DNA from: Candidatus Nanopelagicales bacterium
Lineage (GTDB): Bacteria; Actinomycetota; Actinomycetes; S36-B12
NCBI GenBank assembly: GCA_040399625.1
Contig: JBBARV010000001.1
Coordinates: 187,701 to 251,700, forward strand
DNA: 64,000 nucleotides
Direction: 5' to 3'
Part shown: piece after piece, positions 1 to 9,901 of the stretch
Position numbering within the stretch: the first letter of the stretch is position 1
Layout of the letters: each line of letters starts with the position of its first letter
Program-made: the position numbers and the translations under genes
Notes under the pieces: model-generated
Database searches by the model: none
What the model was told of the DNA's origin: nothing
The model's input: the letters and a program-made list of their open reading frames with translations, nothing else

Positions 1-699
1 GCTCGAGAGCCGGAAATAGTCGATATCTGCGAGATGCTCGTGGAAATGGGGGCCGATATTTCAGGGATCGGGACTTCGACCATCATGATCACCGGCGTGA
101 GAGCCCTCAAGCCAGTCACGCACCGAGTGGTCTCGGATCGGATAGTCGCAGGGACCTGGGCAGTTGCGGTGGCAATGACACGTGGTGAACTGACAATTCA
201 TGGGGTTCCCGCGGAACACCTTGCTCTTCCATTGGAGAAGCTCCAGTCAGCCGGGGCGCAGGTTGACAGCGAAGGACAGACGATTCAGATCCGCATGCAT
301 GTACGACCCAAGTGCGTTGACGTCGTGACCCTTCCCTTTCCGGGTTTCCCGACTGACTTGCAGCCCCAATTCATTGCCCTGAATTCAATTGGACAAGGTG
401 CCGCCCTCGTCACCGAAAACCTTTTTGAAGCCCGGTTCCGGTTTGTTCAAGAACTTGCGCGGTTGGGCGCCGACGTACGAACCGATGGACACCATGCGCT
501 GATCCGCGGAAAAGAGAAACTTTCCGGCGCACCCGTGGAAGCAACGGATATTAGAGCAGGCGCCGGGCTGGTATTGGCCGGGCTGGTGGCTCAAGGGAAT
601 ACGACTGTTTACGGCGTGAGTCACATTGACCGCGGTTATGCCGGCTTTGTAGAGACCCTGCAAGGACTTGGAGCCAATATTGCGCGGGTCAACGATTAA
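1..699 (+). CDS. murA: UDP-N-acetylglucosamine 1-carboxyvinyltransferase MurA, C-terminal part (5' end lies outside the window)
   Basis: Frame 1 is open from the window edge, so the track Met at 34 is internal. The sequence is MurA-like ([59 protein letters not shown]). Stop TAA at 697-699. Confidence 0.9.
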   Translation, partial: AREPEIVDICEMLVEMGADISGIGTSTIMITGVRALKPVTHRVVSDRIVAGTWAVAVAMTRGELTIHGVPAEHLALPLEKLQSAGAQVDSEGQTIQIRMHVRPKCVDVVTLPFPGFPTDLQPQFIALNSIGQGAALVTENLFEARFRFVQELARLGADVRTDGHHALIRGKEKLSGAPVEATDIRAGAGLVLAGLVAQGNTTVYGVSHIDRGYAGFVETLQGLGANIARVND

Positions 700-1024
700 A
701 TTGCGATCCGCCAATAATTGCCGCTGCCGCAATTTCATCGACGGGCCACACCATCACCTTTGGTCCATCGGTGGTCTGGGCCAGGTTAGCTTTAATTCCT
801 CGGTGTTCTAGAGTCCTGCGAATTATTTCACCTTCTGCATAGTTTGCCGGGCTGGCAACACACACCAATAAGCCATAGGAATCTGATGGACCAGACTTCC
901 CCGGGACCGCAACCACGGAGCTTCCCCGGGAATAGGCCCACCGAAGCACGAGCACCATCAGGCCAATTCCCATCAGCGCCACGATCGGGCCAAAGATGTA
1001 CGAGAAACTATTACTCACCGACAT
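689..1024 (-). CDS. Hypothetical membrane-anchored protein
   Basis: 111-aa ORF with an N-terminal hydrophobic helix ([18 protein letters not shown]) followed by a soluble domain. No family recognised. It has an 11-nt convergent overlap with the murA stop. Confidence 0.5.
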   Translation of the reverse strand: MSVSNSFSYIFGPIVALMGIGLMVLVLRWAYSRGSSVVAVPGKSGPSDSYGLLVCVASPANYAEGEIIRRTLEHRGIKANLAQTTDGPKVMVWPVDEIAAAAIIGGSQFNR

Positions 1025-1079
1025 GGCACTATTGTGACAAGAATTACACGTTCTGCAACAGATTGGTCTGCCAAGCCAT

Positions 1080-3065
1080 GTGGATCTGAAGCGGGTTGGT
1101 TACGATACTCGGATGAGTGACAAACCATGGATTATGCGCACCTACGCGGGGCATTCCAGTGCAAAAGAGTCAAATGAACTTTTCCGGACGAACCTAGAAA
1201 AGGGGCAGACCGGCCTGTCGATCGCCTTTGACCTCCCCACCCAAACGGGGTACGACCCCGAAGATTTAATGTCCCGTGGAGAAGTTGGCAAAGTTGGTGT
1301 TTCCGTTGCCAGTTTGGCAGATATGAGAACACTTTTTGACGGCCTTCCATTGGCACAGATGAATACCTCAATGACAATAAATGCGACCGCGGTATGGCTC
1401 TATGCGATGTACATCGCGCTGGCTGATGAACAAGGGGCGCCACGCGAGCTACTCTCAGGTACTACCCAGAATGACATTATTAAGGAATATCTTTCCCGGG
1501 GCACCTACGCATTTCCGCCAGCGCCATCCCTTGAGCTTGCAACCGATTTAATCGCATTTTCGGTCGTGAATACGCCAAAATGGAATCCAATAAATATTTG
1601 CAGTTATCACTTGCAGGAGGCGGGGGCCACGGCAGTCCAAGAGGTTGCGTTTGCCCTCGCAGCAGCGATTAGCGTTTTGGATTCGGTGAAAGCAAAAATT
1701 GACCAACAGAATATTGACGTAGATTTTGATCACGTGGTGGGTCGCATCTCATTTTTTGTCAACGGCAGTATCAGATTTATCGAAGAGGTATGCAAACTCA
1801 AGGCTTTCGGCAGACTGTGGAGTGAGGTTGTTATCGAACGTTACGGCGTAATGAGCGAGGCGGCCCGTCGTTTTCGGTATGGGGTGCAGGTTAATTCGTT
1901 AGGCCTTACCGAGGAACAACCAGAAAATAACGTCCAGCGAATCGTGCTTGAGATGCTGGGCGTTTCATTGGCTAAGGACTCACGCGCGCGGGCTATTCAG
2001 CTTCCTGCATGGAATGAAGCACTTGGATTGCCCAGGCCTTGGGATCAACAGTGGTCACTGCGTATGCAGCAGGTACTCGCATTGGAAACGGACTTGCTTG
2101 AATACGATGACATCTTCGAGGGTTCAATAGTAATTGAAGCAAAGGTCGACGAACTCACACGAGAGATTCGAACTGAACTTGATCGAATTTCTGAGATGGG
2201 TGGCGCCATCGCGGCACTTGAATCCGGATATCTCAAGAGCGCATTGGTTGCGTCACATGCCAAGCGCCGCGCCAGCATTGAATCTGGCAATCTGACGGTT
2301 GTCGGCGTGAATTCATTTCAAAGCACAGAAGCTAGCCCCTTAACCCAAAACGTGAACATCATGTTGGTGGATCCACAGGTTGAGTCACGCAGAATCGAAG
2401 AAGTTCTCTCCTTTAAATCGGGACGCGATCCGGTGGCGGTGGCTAATGCCCTAGAGCGAATAAATGCCGCAGCCGAAAACGGACAGGGTTTAGTCGAAGC
2501 AAGTATTGACGCCGCAAAGGTGGGGGTCACAACCGGCGAATGGTCAAGTGTCCTGCGTGCACGTCTTGGTGAATACCGCTCCCCAACGGGAGTAGTGGAC
2601 TCAATTGGTACGCGAACACCCGAAATTGAACTAGTTCGAATTCGCACCGATGAATTAGAGTCCCGGCTGGGACACCGGCCAAGAATTTTAATCGGGAAAC
2701 CCGGTCTTGATGGCCATTCAAATGGCGCCGAACAGATTGCGGTTCGGGCTCGGGATTGTGGTTTTGAAGTGATTTACCAAGGCATTCGATTAAATCCCGC
2801 GGAAATTGTGGCCGCTGCAATCGCTGAAGACGTTGATGTCATTGGCTTATCGATTCTTTCGGGATCCCACCGCACCTTGGTGGCTGAGATTCTCAATTTA
2901 CTGGCACAAGAAAACGCAAGTGATATTCCGGTGATCGTTGGTGGAATAATTCCACCTGCCGATGCGCAGTGGCTGGCATCCATTGGCGTGGCGGCAACGT
3001 TCACACCGAAGGACTATGACGCCACCCAGATCATGAATTCTATCGTGGACATCATGAGTGCTTGA
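1080..3065 (+). CDS. meaA: B12-dependent acyl-CoA mutase with fused catalytic and cobalamin-binding domains, MeaA/ethylmalonyl-CoA mutase-like
   Basis: The N-terminus [45 protein letters not shown] is typical of MeaA/Ecm-type mutases. The C-terminal B12 domain carries DxHxxG (LDGHSNG), SxL (LSILSGS) and GG (VGGIIP). ccr, epimerase and meaB lie nearby. The track start is GTG 1080; ATG 1113 (MSDKPW) is the more likely start. Confidence 0.8.
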   Translation: MDLKRVGYDTRMSDKPWIMRTYAGHSSAKESNELFRTNLEKGQTGLSIAFDLPTQTGYDPEDLMSRGEVGKVGVSVASLADMRTLFDGLPLAQMNTSMTINATAVWLYAMYIALADEQGAPRELLSGTTQNDIIKEYLSRGTYAFPPAPSLELATDLIAFSVVNTPKWNPINICSYHLQEAGATAVQEVAFALAAAISVLDSVKAKIDQQNIDVDFDHVVGRISFFVNGSIRFIEEVCKLKAFGRLWSEVVIERYGVMSEAARRFRYGVQVNSLGLTEEQPENNVQRIVLEMLGVSLAKDSRARAIQLPAWNEALGLPRPWDQQWSLRMQQVLALETDLLEYDDIFEGSIVIEAKVDELTREIRTELDRISEMGGAIAALESGYLKSALVASHAKRRASIESGNLTVVGVNSFQSTEASPLTQNVNIMLVDPQVESRRIEEVLSFKSGRDPVAVANALERINAAAENGQGLVEASIDAAKVGVTTGEWSSVLRARLGEYRSPTGVVDSIGTRTPEIELVRIRTDELESRLGHRPRILIGKPGLDGHSNGAEQIAVRARDCGFEVIYQGIRLNPAEIVAAAIAEDVDVIGLSILSGSHRTLVAEILNLLAQENASDIPVIVGGIIPPADAQWLASIGVAATFTPKDYDATQIMNSIVDIMSA

Positions 3066-3757
3066 GTGTCAGATTACCAAAGCACATGAGGATTCTTATC
3101 TCTGATTGCTCTGCTGTCTATCAAGGACGACTTGCAGCTGAACTTCCCCGTGCAACGCGTGTGCTTATGTTCAAAGCTGACGGCTCTGTCCTAATTCACT
3201 CTGATGGAGGGTCTTACAAGCCATTGAATTGGATGAGTCCTCCATGCAGTGTTGCTGTGACAACCTTGGGTGAATTGACCGAATTTAGAGTCGTGAATAA
3301 GGCGGGGGAAATACTTACAATCACGGTCCATGAAATCCATGCGGATTACGAGCACCAACTTGGATTTGATCCAGGTCTGATCAAAGACGGGGTTGAATCC
3401 CACCTTCAAAAATTGTTAGCGGAAAATCTGGATTCCCTGGCACATGGTCTGACTCTGATCCGTAGGGAATATCCAACTGCAATTGGTCCGGTCGACATAC
3501 TGTGCAAGGCGGCAAGCGGTGGATCGGTGGCTATTGAAATTAAGCGCCGGGGCGAAATTGATGGGGTAGAGCAATTGACGCGTTATCTGGATCTACTCAA
3601 TCGGGACCCGTTGCTGGCCCCGGTAACGGGGATTTATGCGGCTCAGGAAATTAAACCACAGGCAAAAACTCTGGCACAGGATCGTGGCATCACATGCGTC
3701 AGTGTCGATTACGATGTGTTAAGAGGTCTTGATGATCCTAGTCTGCGTCTGTTCTAG
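3062..3757 (+). CDS. nucS: Endonuclease NucS (EndoMS mismatch-specific nuclease)
   Basis: [50 protein letters not shown] and the C-terminal nuclease region ([33 protein letters not shown]) match NucS. The true start is probably ATG 3086 (MRILIS). Confidence 0.9.
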   Translation: MSVRLPKHMRILISDCSAVYQGRLAAELPRATRVLMFKADGSVLIHSDGGSYKPLNWMSPPCSVAVTTLGELTEFRVVNKAGEILTITVHEIHADYEHQLGFDPGLIKDGVESHLQKLLAENLDSLAHGLTLIRREYPTAIGPVDILCKAASGGSVAIEIKRRGEIDGVEQLTRYLDLLNRDPLLAPVTGIYAAQEIKPQAKTLAQDRGITCVSVDYDVLRGLDDPSLRLF

Positions 3758-3772
3758 GGGTAAAAAAATGAA

Positions 3773-5551
3773 ATGGGGAATGCTATGGAACTGAAAACTA
3801 TTGGTGTTGTCGGACTGGGAACAATGGGTTCTGGGATCGCAGAAGTGATTGCCAGATCCGGATATTCAGTTATTGGGGTTGACCTAGGTGAAAAGGCAAT
3901 CGACTATGCCGATTCGCGAATTAGAGGATCTATTGATCGGGGCATCGCTCGCTCAAAGATTACTGAAGTTGACGGTCTGGCGATACTTTCCCGAATTAAA
4001 TTGACAACAAAACTTGAAGATCTAGTTTCGTGTGACCTCGTGATCGAGGCCATTACCGAAGATCTAAAGGCGAAATCTGAGCTCTTCATGACCCTAGACT
4101 CAATTCTTGCCCCCGATGCCATTATGGCGACTAATACTTCGGCGTTATCTGTGACCGAAATCTCCGTGGTTACCGGTCGGCCCAGCCGGGTAATTGGAAT
4201 GCATTTTTTCAATCCAGCAATGGTCCAAAAATTTGTCGAAATAGTGTCAACGGTAACCACCGATCAAGATGTGATTGACGTATGTCTGGCATTTACTCGA
4301 GACCTGGAGATGCAACCAGTTTTAGTGGGTGACCGTGCCGGTTTTATTGCGAATTCACTGCTATTTGGCTATTTGAATCAAGCCGTCACCATGTACGAAC
4401 AAAAGTACGCTTCACGTGAAGACATTGATAGCGCCATGAAATTTGGCTGTGGACTTCCGATGGGACCTCTGGCACTTCTTGATCTGATTGGTCTGGACAC
4501 TGCTCTTGAGATCCTTGACACCATGTATCACGAGAGCCGAAATCGGCTGCACGCACCAAGCGCACTCCTGAAACAGTTCGTTGCCGCGGGTCGGCTCGGG
4601 CGTAAATCTGGTCAAGGTTTCTACACCTATGCCGAACTGAATGCGCCATTGGTGGTTGATGACCCATTGACGCCAACATTGGCTGATTCGGGTTCTGGGT
4701 CGGGTATTACCAGAGCCGGGGTGGTGGGTTCAGGCACCATGGCGACCGGAATTGTTTCGGTTCTTGCGGTAGGAGGGTTGAGCGTTATTGCATTAACCCG
4801 AAGTGAACAGAGATCGAGCCAATTGCGGGAATCTCTTGATGCGTCATGGTCAAAACTTGTTGCGAAAGGAAAAATTACCGAGGAGCAAAAAAGCGAATAT
4901 CTTGCTCGGGTCTCAACATGTGAAAGCCCGGAGGCACTTGTGGGTCAAGTCGATGTGGTCATCGAGGCTATTGCGGAAGAACTGCAGCCTAAGTGTGAGA
5001 TTTTCTCTCAACTTGACCGTCTTCTGGCGGAAGATGTCATCTTTGCAACGACAACTTCGAGTTTGTCGGTCATTGAGATTGCGGCTAGTACCAACAGAAT
5101 GGACCGTTTCCTGGGAATCCATTTTTTCAATCCAGCACCGGTAATGTCCCTGGTCGAGATTGTCAGCACTGTCGCAACAGACCCCGACGTAGTACTTCGT
5201 TGCACTAATTTGATGCGGGAACTTCGCAAAAAGCCGGTGCAGTGCTCGGATCGTGCCGGGTTTATCGTGAACGCATTGCTGTTCCCCTACCTCAATAACG
5301 CCATTGCTATGGCGTCGAGCAACTACGCCTCAATTCAGGACATTGATTCCGCCATGAAGCTTGGTTGCGGCTACCCCATGGGGCCATTTGAGTTGCTAGA
5401 CGTTGTTGGTCTTGATGTCTCCCTGGCAATTATCAATACGCTGTACCGTGAGTTTCGTGAGCCAGGGTTTGCCCCCGAAGCTCGCTTGGAGCACTTAGTC
5501 ACCGCGGGCTTTGTCGGGCGTAAAGTTGGTCGGGGATTTGGTAAGTACTAG
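3773..5551 (+). CDS. Tandem-duplicated (fused) 3-hydroxyacyl/3-hydroxybutyryl-CoA dehydrogenase
   Basis: 592 aa made of two complete HAD-type units. Each unit has a Rossmann motif (VGLGTMGSGIA; VGSGTMATGIV), an NTS/TTS serine, HFFNP, VEIV, and a GFI(A/V)N..L segment. Confidence 0.85.
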   Translation: MGNAMELKTIGVVGLGTMGSGIAEVIARSGYSVIGVDLGEKAIDYADSRIRGSIDRGIARSKITEVDGLAILSRIKLTTKLEDLVSCDLVIEAITEDLKAKSELFMTLDSILAPDAIMATNTSALSVTEISVVTGRPSRVIGMHFFNPAMVQKFVEIVSTVTTDQDVIDVCLAFTRDLEMQPVLVGDRAGFIANSLLFGYLNQAVTMYEQKYASREDIDSAMKFGCGLPMGPLALLDLIGLDTALEILDTMYHESRNRLHAPSALLKQFVAAGRLGRKSGQGFYTYAELNAPLVVDDPLTPTLADSGSGSGITRAGVVGSGTMATGIVSVLAVGGLSVIALTRSEQRSSQLRESLDASWSKLVAKGKITEEQKSEYLARVSTCESPEALVGQVDVVIEAIAEELQPKCEIFSQLDRLLAEDVIFATTTSSLSVIEIAASTNRMDRFLGIHFFNPAPVMSLVEIVSTVATDPDVVLRCTNLMRELRKKPVQCSDRAGFIVNALLFPYLNNAIAMASSNYASIQDIDSAMKLGCGYPMGPFELLDVVGLDVSLAIINTLYREFREPGFAPEARLEHLVTAGFVGRKVGRGFGKY

Positions 5552-5575
5552 ACCTTAAGCACTCAACAATGAGCG

Positions 5576-5884
5576 TTGATATCTGGGAGAGTGAATCGCG
5601 TGGGGCGCAAGAACCGGAGAGCGGACAGTGAGTCCAAACCTCTGTTCGGTAACTCAATGGTCACCGAATCCCACCCTGATGGCGAATGGTTTGTCCGTAA
5701 GTTAACCGGTTCCTCAGCAACCAAGACATATAGGTGTCCTGGTTGCGATCAGGAGATTCGCCCAGCAACCCCACATGTTGTGGCTTGGTCGGCTGATCTT
5801 CCCGAGGGGGCTGAGGATCGACGTCACTGGCACACTCCATGTTGGACTAACCGTGGTAACCGTCGTCCTCGAGGTGGAAAGTGA
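5576..5884 (+). CDS. Small conserved actinobacterial zinc-ribbon-like protein of unknown function
   Basis: Core DGEWFVRKLTGSSATKTYRCPGCDQEIRPATPHVVAW...RRHWHTPCW carries a CPGC plus H/C pair. The likely start is GTG 5600, preceded by GGGAGAG. Its stop overlaps the next gene's start (GTGA). Confidence 0.6.
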   Translation: MISGRVNRVGRKNRRADSESKPLFGNSMVTESHPDGEWFVRKLTGSSATKTYRCPGCDQEIRPATPHVVAWSADLPEGAEDRRHWHTPCWTNRGNRRPRGGK

Positions 5885-6615
5885 CGGCAATCTCAGCCAA
5901 TTCGGTTCTACCTGCCATCCGCGAAGTCATCTCAATACGTACCGTTGACTCACTTGAACTTGTCGGTGAACTGGCGACACCGGAGCACCCGATCGCAACC
6001 GTGATTTGTGTTCATCCACTACCGACTCACGGTGGCATGATGGACAGCCATATTTTGCGCAAAATGTCGTGGCGTCTTCCCGCACTGGCAAACATCGCCG
6101 TGTTGCGTTTTAATACCCGAGGTACAAGCAGTGCGATTGGCCAAAGCGAGGGTAGCTTCGACCAATCAACTGGAGAAGGCCTCGATCTCGCCGCAGCAAT
6201 TAGATTTGCTCGGAGTCGTAATTTGCCAAATATTTGGATTCTCGGCTGGTCATTTGGAACCGACGTGATTTTGCGTAATCTCGACCCTGAAGGAATTAGT
6301 GGAGTGATTTTGCTTTCTCCGCCTTTGCGGTTCACGAGCGCGCAGGAGTTGCTCCGTTGGAATGGTACGGGTGTGCCGGTTCATGCGCTCATCCCCGAAC
6401 TCGACGACTACCTTGTTCCCGAGGCAGCGGCTGAGAGATTTGCCGAGGCCGGCGATGTCATTATTGAGCCTGTTGAGGGGGCAAAACACCTGTGGGTTGG
6501 AGAGAAGTTCGTTTACTTTGTGCTTAATCGGGTAACAGAATTAGTCTCACCCCAGTCCGCCCCATTGGCACTTGAGTGGAACGAGCCAATGGAGCGATGG
6601 AGCGACCTAACGTAA
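5881..6615 (+). CDS. Alpha/beta-fold hydrolase
   Basis: Nucleophile-elbow GWSFG (GxSxG), an HPLPTHGG oxyanion-region motif and a C-terminal GAKHLW histidine region. Translationally coupled to the upstream small ORF. Confidence 0.7.
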   Translation: MTAISANSVLPAIREVISIRTVDSLELVGELATPEHPIATVICVHPLPTHGGMMDSHILRKMSWRLPALANIAVLRFNTRGTSSAIGQSEGSFDQSTGEGLDLAAAIRFARSRNLPNIWILGWSFGTDVILRNLDPEGISGVILLSPPLRFTSAQELLRWNGTGVPVHALIPELDDYLVPEAAAERFAEAGDVIIEPVEGAKHLWVGEKFVYFVLNRVTELVSPQSAPLALEWNEPMERWSDLT

Positions 6616-6617
6616 AT

Positions 6618-7952
6618 CTATTTGGAAACGAACCGATTTATTTGGGCTAAAACTTTGTCACGAAGAGCCTGATTGGTAACGCCAAGCCCGGGCTTGGGAG
6701 CCAAACCGAGTACTCCAACTTTTCCTTGATGCAGGTTGCGGTGCACTTCATATGCTGCCTCACCTGTTTGTTCAAGTGGGAACACCTTTGACAAAGTCGG
6801 ATGAATTACCCCTTTTTCCACAAGTCGATTAGCTTCGTAGGACTCGCGGTAGTTTGCAAAGTGGGTCCCGATGATTTTCTTCAGATTCATCCAGAGGTAA
6901 CGGTTGTCGTATTCATGCATGAACCCCGTGGTCGAAGCGCACGTGACGATAGTCCCGCCCCGGCGTGCGACGTAGACACTCGCTCCGAAAGTTTCGCGGC
7001 CAGGGTGCTCAAAAACGATATCAGGATCCTCGCCTCCGGTGAGCTCCCGAATCTTTTTCCCAAGACGCTGCCATTCCTTCGGATCCTGAGTCTGTGGATC
7101 TGACCAAAACTTATATTTTTCCGCGCTCCGGTCAATGATCAATGTGGCCCCCATTGAGCGCACGATGTCTGCTTTTTCTGGACTGGAAACAACGCAGACG
7201 GGAATCGCTCCGCCATTGAGTGCGTATTGCGTTGCATATGAACCCAACCCACCGGATGCACCCCAAATGAGAACTACGTCACCCTGCTTCATGCCGGCAC
7301 CATTTTTTGAAACCAACTGCCGGTACGCGGTTGAATTGACGAGCCCAGGGCAAGCGGCTTCCTCCCATGTTAGGTGCTGAGGCTTTGCCATTAATTGATT
7401 TGACTTGACAACTGCAAGTTCGGCGAGGCCGCCGAAATTAGTCTCATAACCCCAAATTCGTTGCTCGGGATCAAGCATGGTGTCGTTATGACCAGCGGGG
7501 GATTCCAATTCCACGCTTAGGCAGTGCGCAACGACGCGGTCACCGGGAGCATAAGCGTTCACACCGGGCCCCACGCGCAGAACTACGCCAGCAGCATCTG
7601 AACCAATCACGTGATACGGAAGATCATGACGGACACCATCAGGGTGTGATTTGGCATAGCGCTTCAGAAACCCAAATGTAGAAACTGGCTCGAAAATCGA
7701 GGTCCAGACGGTTGTGTAGTTGATACTCGATGCCATTACAGCGATGAGCGCCTCACCGGGTGCGAGTTCAGGGACGGGGACGTCGTCAATCTTTATGCTG
7801 CGCCGGGGGTCCTTGTCTTTTGACTCCACTCCGGCAAACATCTCCTGATCTTCCATGCGAATAATTGCTGCACGGTAGGTGGGAGGAAGCTCTAGAGCTT
7901 CAAATGTCTCGCGGTCTGCTTCTGATTCGATTGCATCGATGATTTTTTGCAC
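6618..7952 (-). CDS. ccr: Crotonyl-CoA carboxylase/reductase
   Basis: 444 aa. ELPPTYRAAIIRMEDQEMF, HVIGSDAAGVVLRVGPGV, ETNFGGLAELAVVKSNQLMAKP and the NADPH motif IWGASGGLGSYA match the Ccr clade of MDR reductases. Confidence 0.9.
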   Translation of the reverse strand: MQKIIDAIESEADRETFEALELPPTYRAAIIRMEDQEMFAGVESKDKDPRRSIKIDDVPVPELAPGEALIAVMASSINYTTVWTSIFEPVSTFGFLKRYAKSHPDGVRHDLPYHVIGSDAAGVVLRVGPGVNAYAPGDRVVAHCLSVELESPAGHNDTMLDPEQRIWGYETNFGGLAELAVVKSNQLMAKPQHLTWEEAACPGLVNSTAYRQLVSKNGAGMKQGDVVLIWGASGGLGSYATQYALNGGAIPVCVVSSPEKADIVRSMGATLIIDRSAEKYKFWSDPQTQDPKEWQRLGKKIRELTGGEDPDIVFEHPGRETFGASVYVARRGGTIVTCASTTGFMHEYDNRYLWMNLKKIIGTHFANYRESYEANRLVEKGVIHPTLSKVFPLEQTGEAAYEVHRNLHQGKVGVLGLAPKPGLGVTNQALRDKVLAQINRFVSK

Positions 7953-7977
7953 GAATGTATTAAATCAAAAAAACATA

Positions 7978-8145
7978 TTAAGCGCCGCTTTTCCACACAA
8001 ACACGCCAATTGTGATGATCAAACCCAGCATTCCCATGATGAATAATCTGCGCGCTTTTCGAAATAGTGCAATCAACATGAGTGCCCCAAAAGCCCCAAT
8101 TGCGATGGAGGCCACCGGAGAACCCAGAATGTCGATTTCAGGCAT
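7978..8145 (-). CDS. Candidate 55-aa small membrane protein with two TM helices (below the ORF-track length cutoff)
   Basis: Hand translation gives MPEIDILGSPVASIAIGAFGALMLIALFRKARRLFIMGMLGLIITIGVFVWKSGA*. Two hydrophobic helices are separated by a basic loop (RKARR). The ATG overlaps the epimerase stop (ATGCCTGA). It fills the otherwise empty 185-bp gap upstream of ccr. Confidence 0.4.
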   Translation of the reverse strand: MPEIDILGSPVASIAIGAFGALMLIALFRKARRLFIMGMLGLIITIGVFVWKSGA

Positions 8146-8623
8146 GCTGGACGAACTCGATCAAAACGCCACCGCAATCCGCTGGATGGGCGAAATTGAC
8201 CAAGCTGCCAGCGGTGCCAATCCGTGCCGTGTCATAGAGCATCCGAATCCCTGAAGCGCGAACATGGGTAGCCACTAGCTCGACGTCACTAACTCGGAGC
8301 GCGAGTTGTTGAATCCCAGGCCCTTTATTGGCGAGAAACTTCCCAATCGTGGTGTCGGGGCCTAGTGGTGCCAGAAGTTGGATTTGTGCGGCCTGGTCAG
8401 GAAAAGCGATCATGGACTCACTCACCCCTTGGCTCTCATTCACCTCAGCGTGATGTTCATGTAGGCCAAGGATTCCTTCGAAGAGCGCCTTTCCGGTGTC
8501 AAGGTCAGGGACGGCGATACCAACGTGATCAATCCCAAGTATCAAGTTGTTCAAATCAGTTCCAGTTTCATTAGGCATGCCACTAATGTACATTTGCAAG
8601 GTGCAGCGGGCCAAAGAGCCCAT
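8138..8623 (-). CDS. mce: Methylmalonyl-CoA (ethylmalonyl-CoA) epimerase, VOC/glyoxalase fold
   Basis: IDHVGIAVPDLDTGKALFEGILGL...IQLLAPLGPDTTIGKFLANKGPGIQQLALRV...GVLIEFVQ is typical of the epimerase. The likely start is ATG 8578 (MPNETG). Confidence 0.85.
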   Translation of the reverse strand: MGSLARCTLQMYISGMPNETGTDLNNLILGIDHVGIAVPDLDTGKALFEGILGLHEHHAEVNESQGVSESMIAFPDQAAQIQLLAPLGPDTTIGKFLANKGPGIQQLALRVSDVELVATHVRASGIRMLYDTARIGTAGSLVNFAHPADCGGVLIEFVQHA

Positions 8624-8647
8624 AAGTGATTAAGTCAAGGAGTCAGC

Positions 8648-9868
8648 ATGACGCAGCCCAGGATTACAAGCGGCGATTTTGAACCTAGCGTCATCATTGA
8701 AGGGGCGCGCACACCGGTAGGACGGCTGTTAGGTGCCCTGAAGTCCTTGTCGAGCTCGCAACTGGGTGGCGCCGCAATCACTGGGGCACTTGATCGCTCT
8801 GGAGTCGCCGCCTCTGAAGTTGACTACGTGATCATGGGACAGGTTTTACAGGGTGGTGCCGGGCAAAACGCAGCGCGGCAGGCCGCGGTGTTGGGCGGAA
8901 TAAGTATGAATGTACCGGCCCTGACCATCAATAAAATGTGTCTTTCAGGTCTTGATGCCATTGCGCTAGCCGATCAACTTATCCGAGCAGGTGAAGCCCA
9001 ATGCGTTGTTGCCGGAGGCATGGAATCCATGACTCAGGCACCGCACTTGCTCATTGGTTCGCGAGAGGGAGTGAAGTTCGGCGAATGGTCGGTGGCGGAC
9101 TCCATGGCCCTTGACGGTCTGACCTGCTCATTTGATAACGAAGCGATGGGTGCAGGAACTGAGCGGTATAACCAACGCTATGACCTAACTCGCGAGGAAC
9201 AAGATGAAGTCGCCGCGAGATCGCATCAACGTGCTGCAGCTGCACGCGAACTTTTCGCAAGCGAGATCGTCCCGGTTCACATTCCTGCTCGCAAGGGGGA
9301 TCCCATCATCGTCTCTCTGGATGAAGGCATCCGTGAAGAGACCACCACGCAGAGTCTTTCGGGCCTTCGTCCGGCATTTAGCAAGGACGGCACAGTGACG
9401 GCAGGAAATGCTTCACAAATCTCTGACGGTGCTGCAGCGGTTGTTGTCATGAGTAAAAGCAAAGCCGTTGAACTCGGTCTCACCTGGTTGGCCGAAATTG
9501 GAGCGCACGGCAATGTTGCGGGACCTGACTCAAGTTTGCACGAACAGCCAGCGCGCGCGATTTTGGCCGCGGCACACCGAGCAGGCCTTGGCCTTGAGGA
9601 AATTGACCTTTTCGAAATAAATGAAGCATTTGCCGCGGTGTCAATAATTTCTTCGCGAATTCTGAGCGATGAAGGTGCACAAGCGGATATTGATCATGTG
9701 AATGTCAACGGTGGCGCGATCGCTCTTGGTCACCCGATAGGTGCGTCGGGTGCTCGTGTGGTCCTTCACCTTGCTCACGAGTTACGTCGACGTGGGGGCG
9801 GAATTGGCGCCGCCGGACTGTGTGGCGGTGGAGGACAAGGAGACGCTTTACTCATTCGTGTCCCCTGA
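8648..9868 (+). CDS. Acetyl-CoA C-acetyltransferase (thiolase II)
   Basis: Active-site Cys motif [30 protein letters not shown] and the C-terminal [14 protein letters not shown]. Confidence 0.9.
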   Translation: MTQPRITSGDFEPSVIIEGARTPVGRLLGALKSLSSSQLGGAAITGALDRSGVAASEVDYVIMGQVLQGGAGQNAARQAAVLGGISMNVPALTINKMCLSGLDAIALADQLIRAGEAQCVVAGGMESMTQAPHLLIGSREGVKFGEWSVADSMALDGLTCSFDNEAMGAGTERYNQRYDLTREEQDEVAARSHQRAAAARELFASEIVPVHIPARKGDPIIVSLDEGIREETTTQSLSGLRPAFSKDGTVTAGNASQISDGAAAVVVMSKSKAVELGLTWLAEIGAHGNVAGPDSSLHEQPARAILAAAHRAGLGLEEIDLFEINEAFAAVSIISSRILSDEGAQADIDHVNVNGGAIALGHPIGASGARVVLHLAHELRRRGGGIGAAGLCGGGGQGDALLIRVP

Positions 9869-9901
9869 CATGAGGCAAAGCCATGCGAATAACCTTGTGA
9901 C

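Noticed and set aside
8012-8254. 80-aa plus-strand ORF between ccr and the epimerase.
   Set aside because: It is antisense to the epimerase 3' end and to the small two-TM ORF, and its sequence is not protein-like. The minus-strand 55-aa membrane ORF fits the operon direction and has a coupled start.
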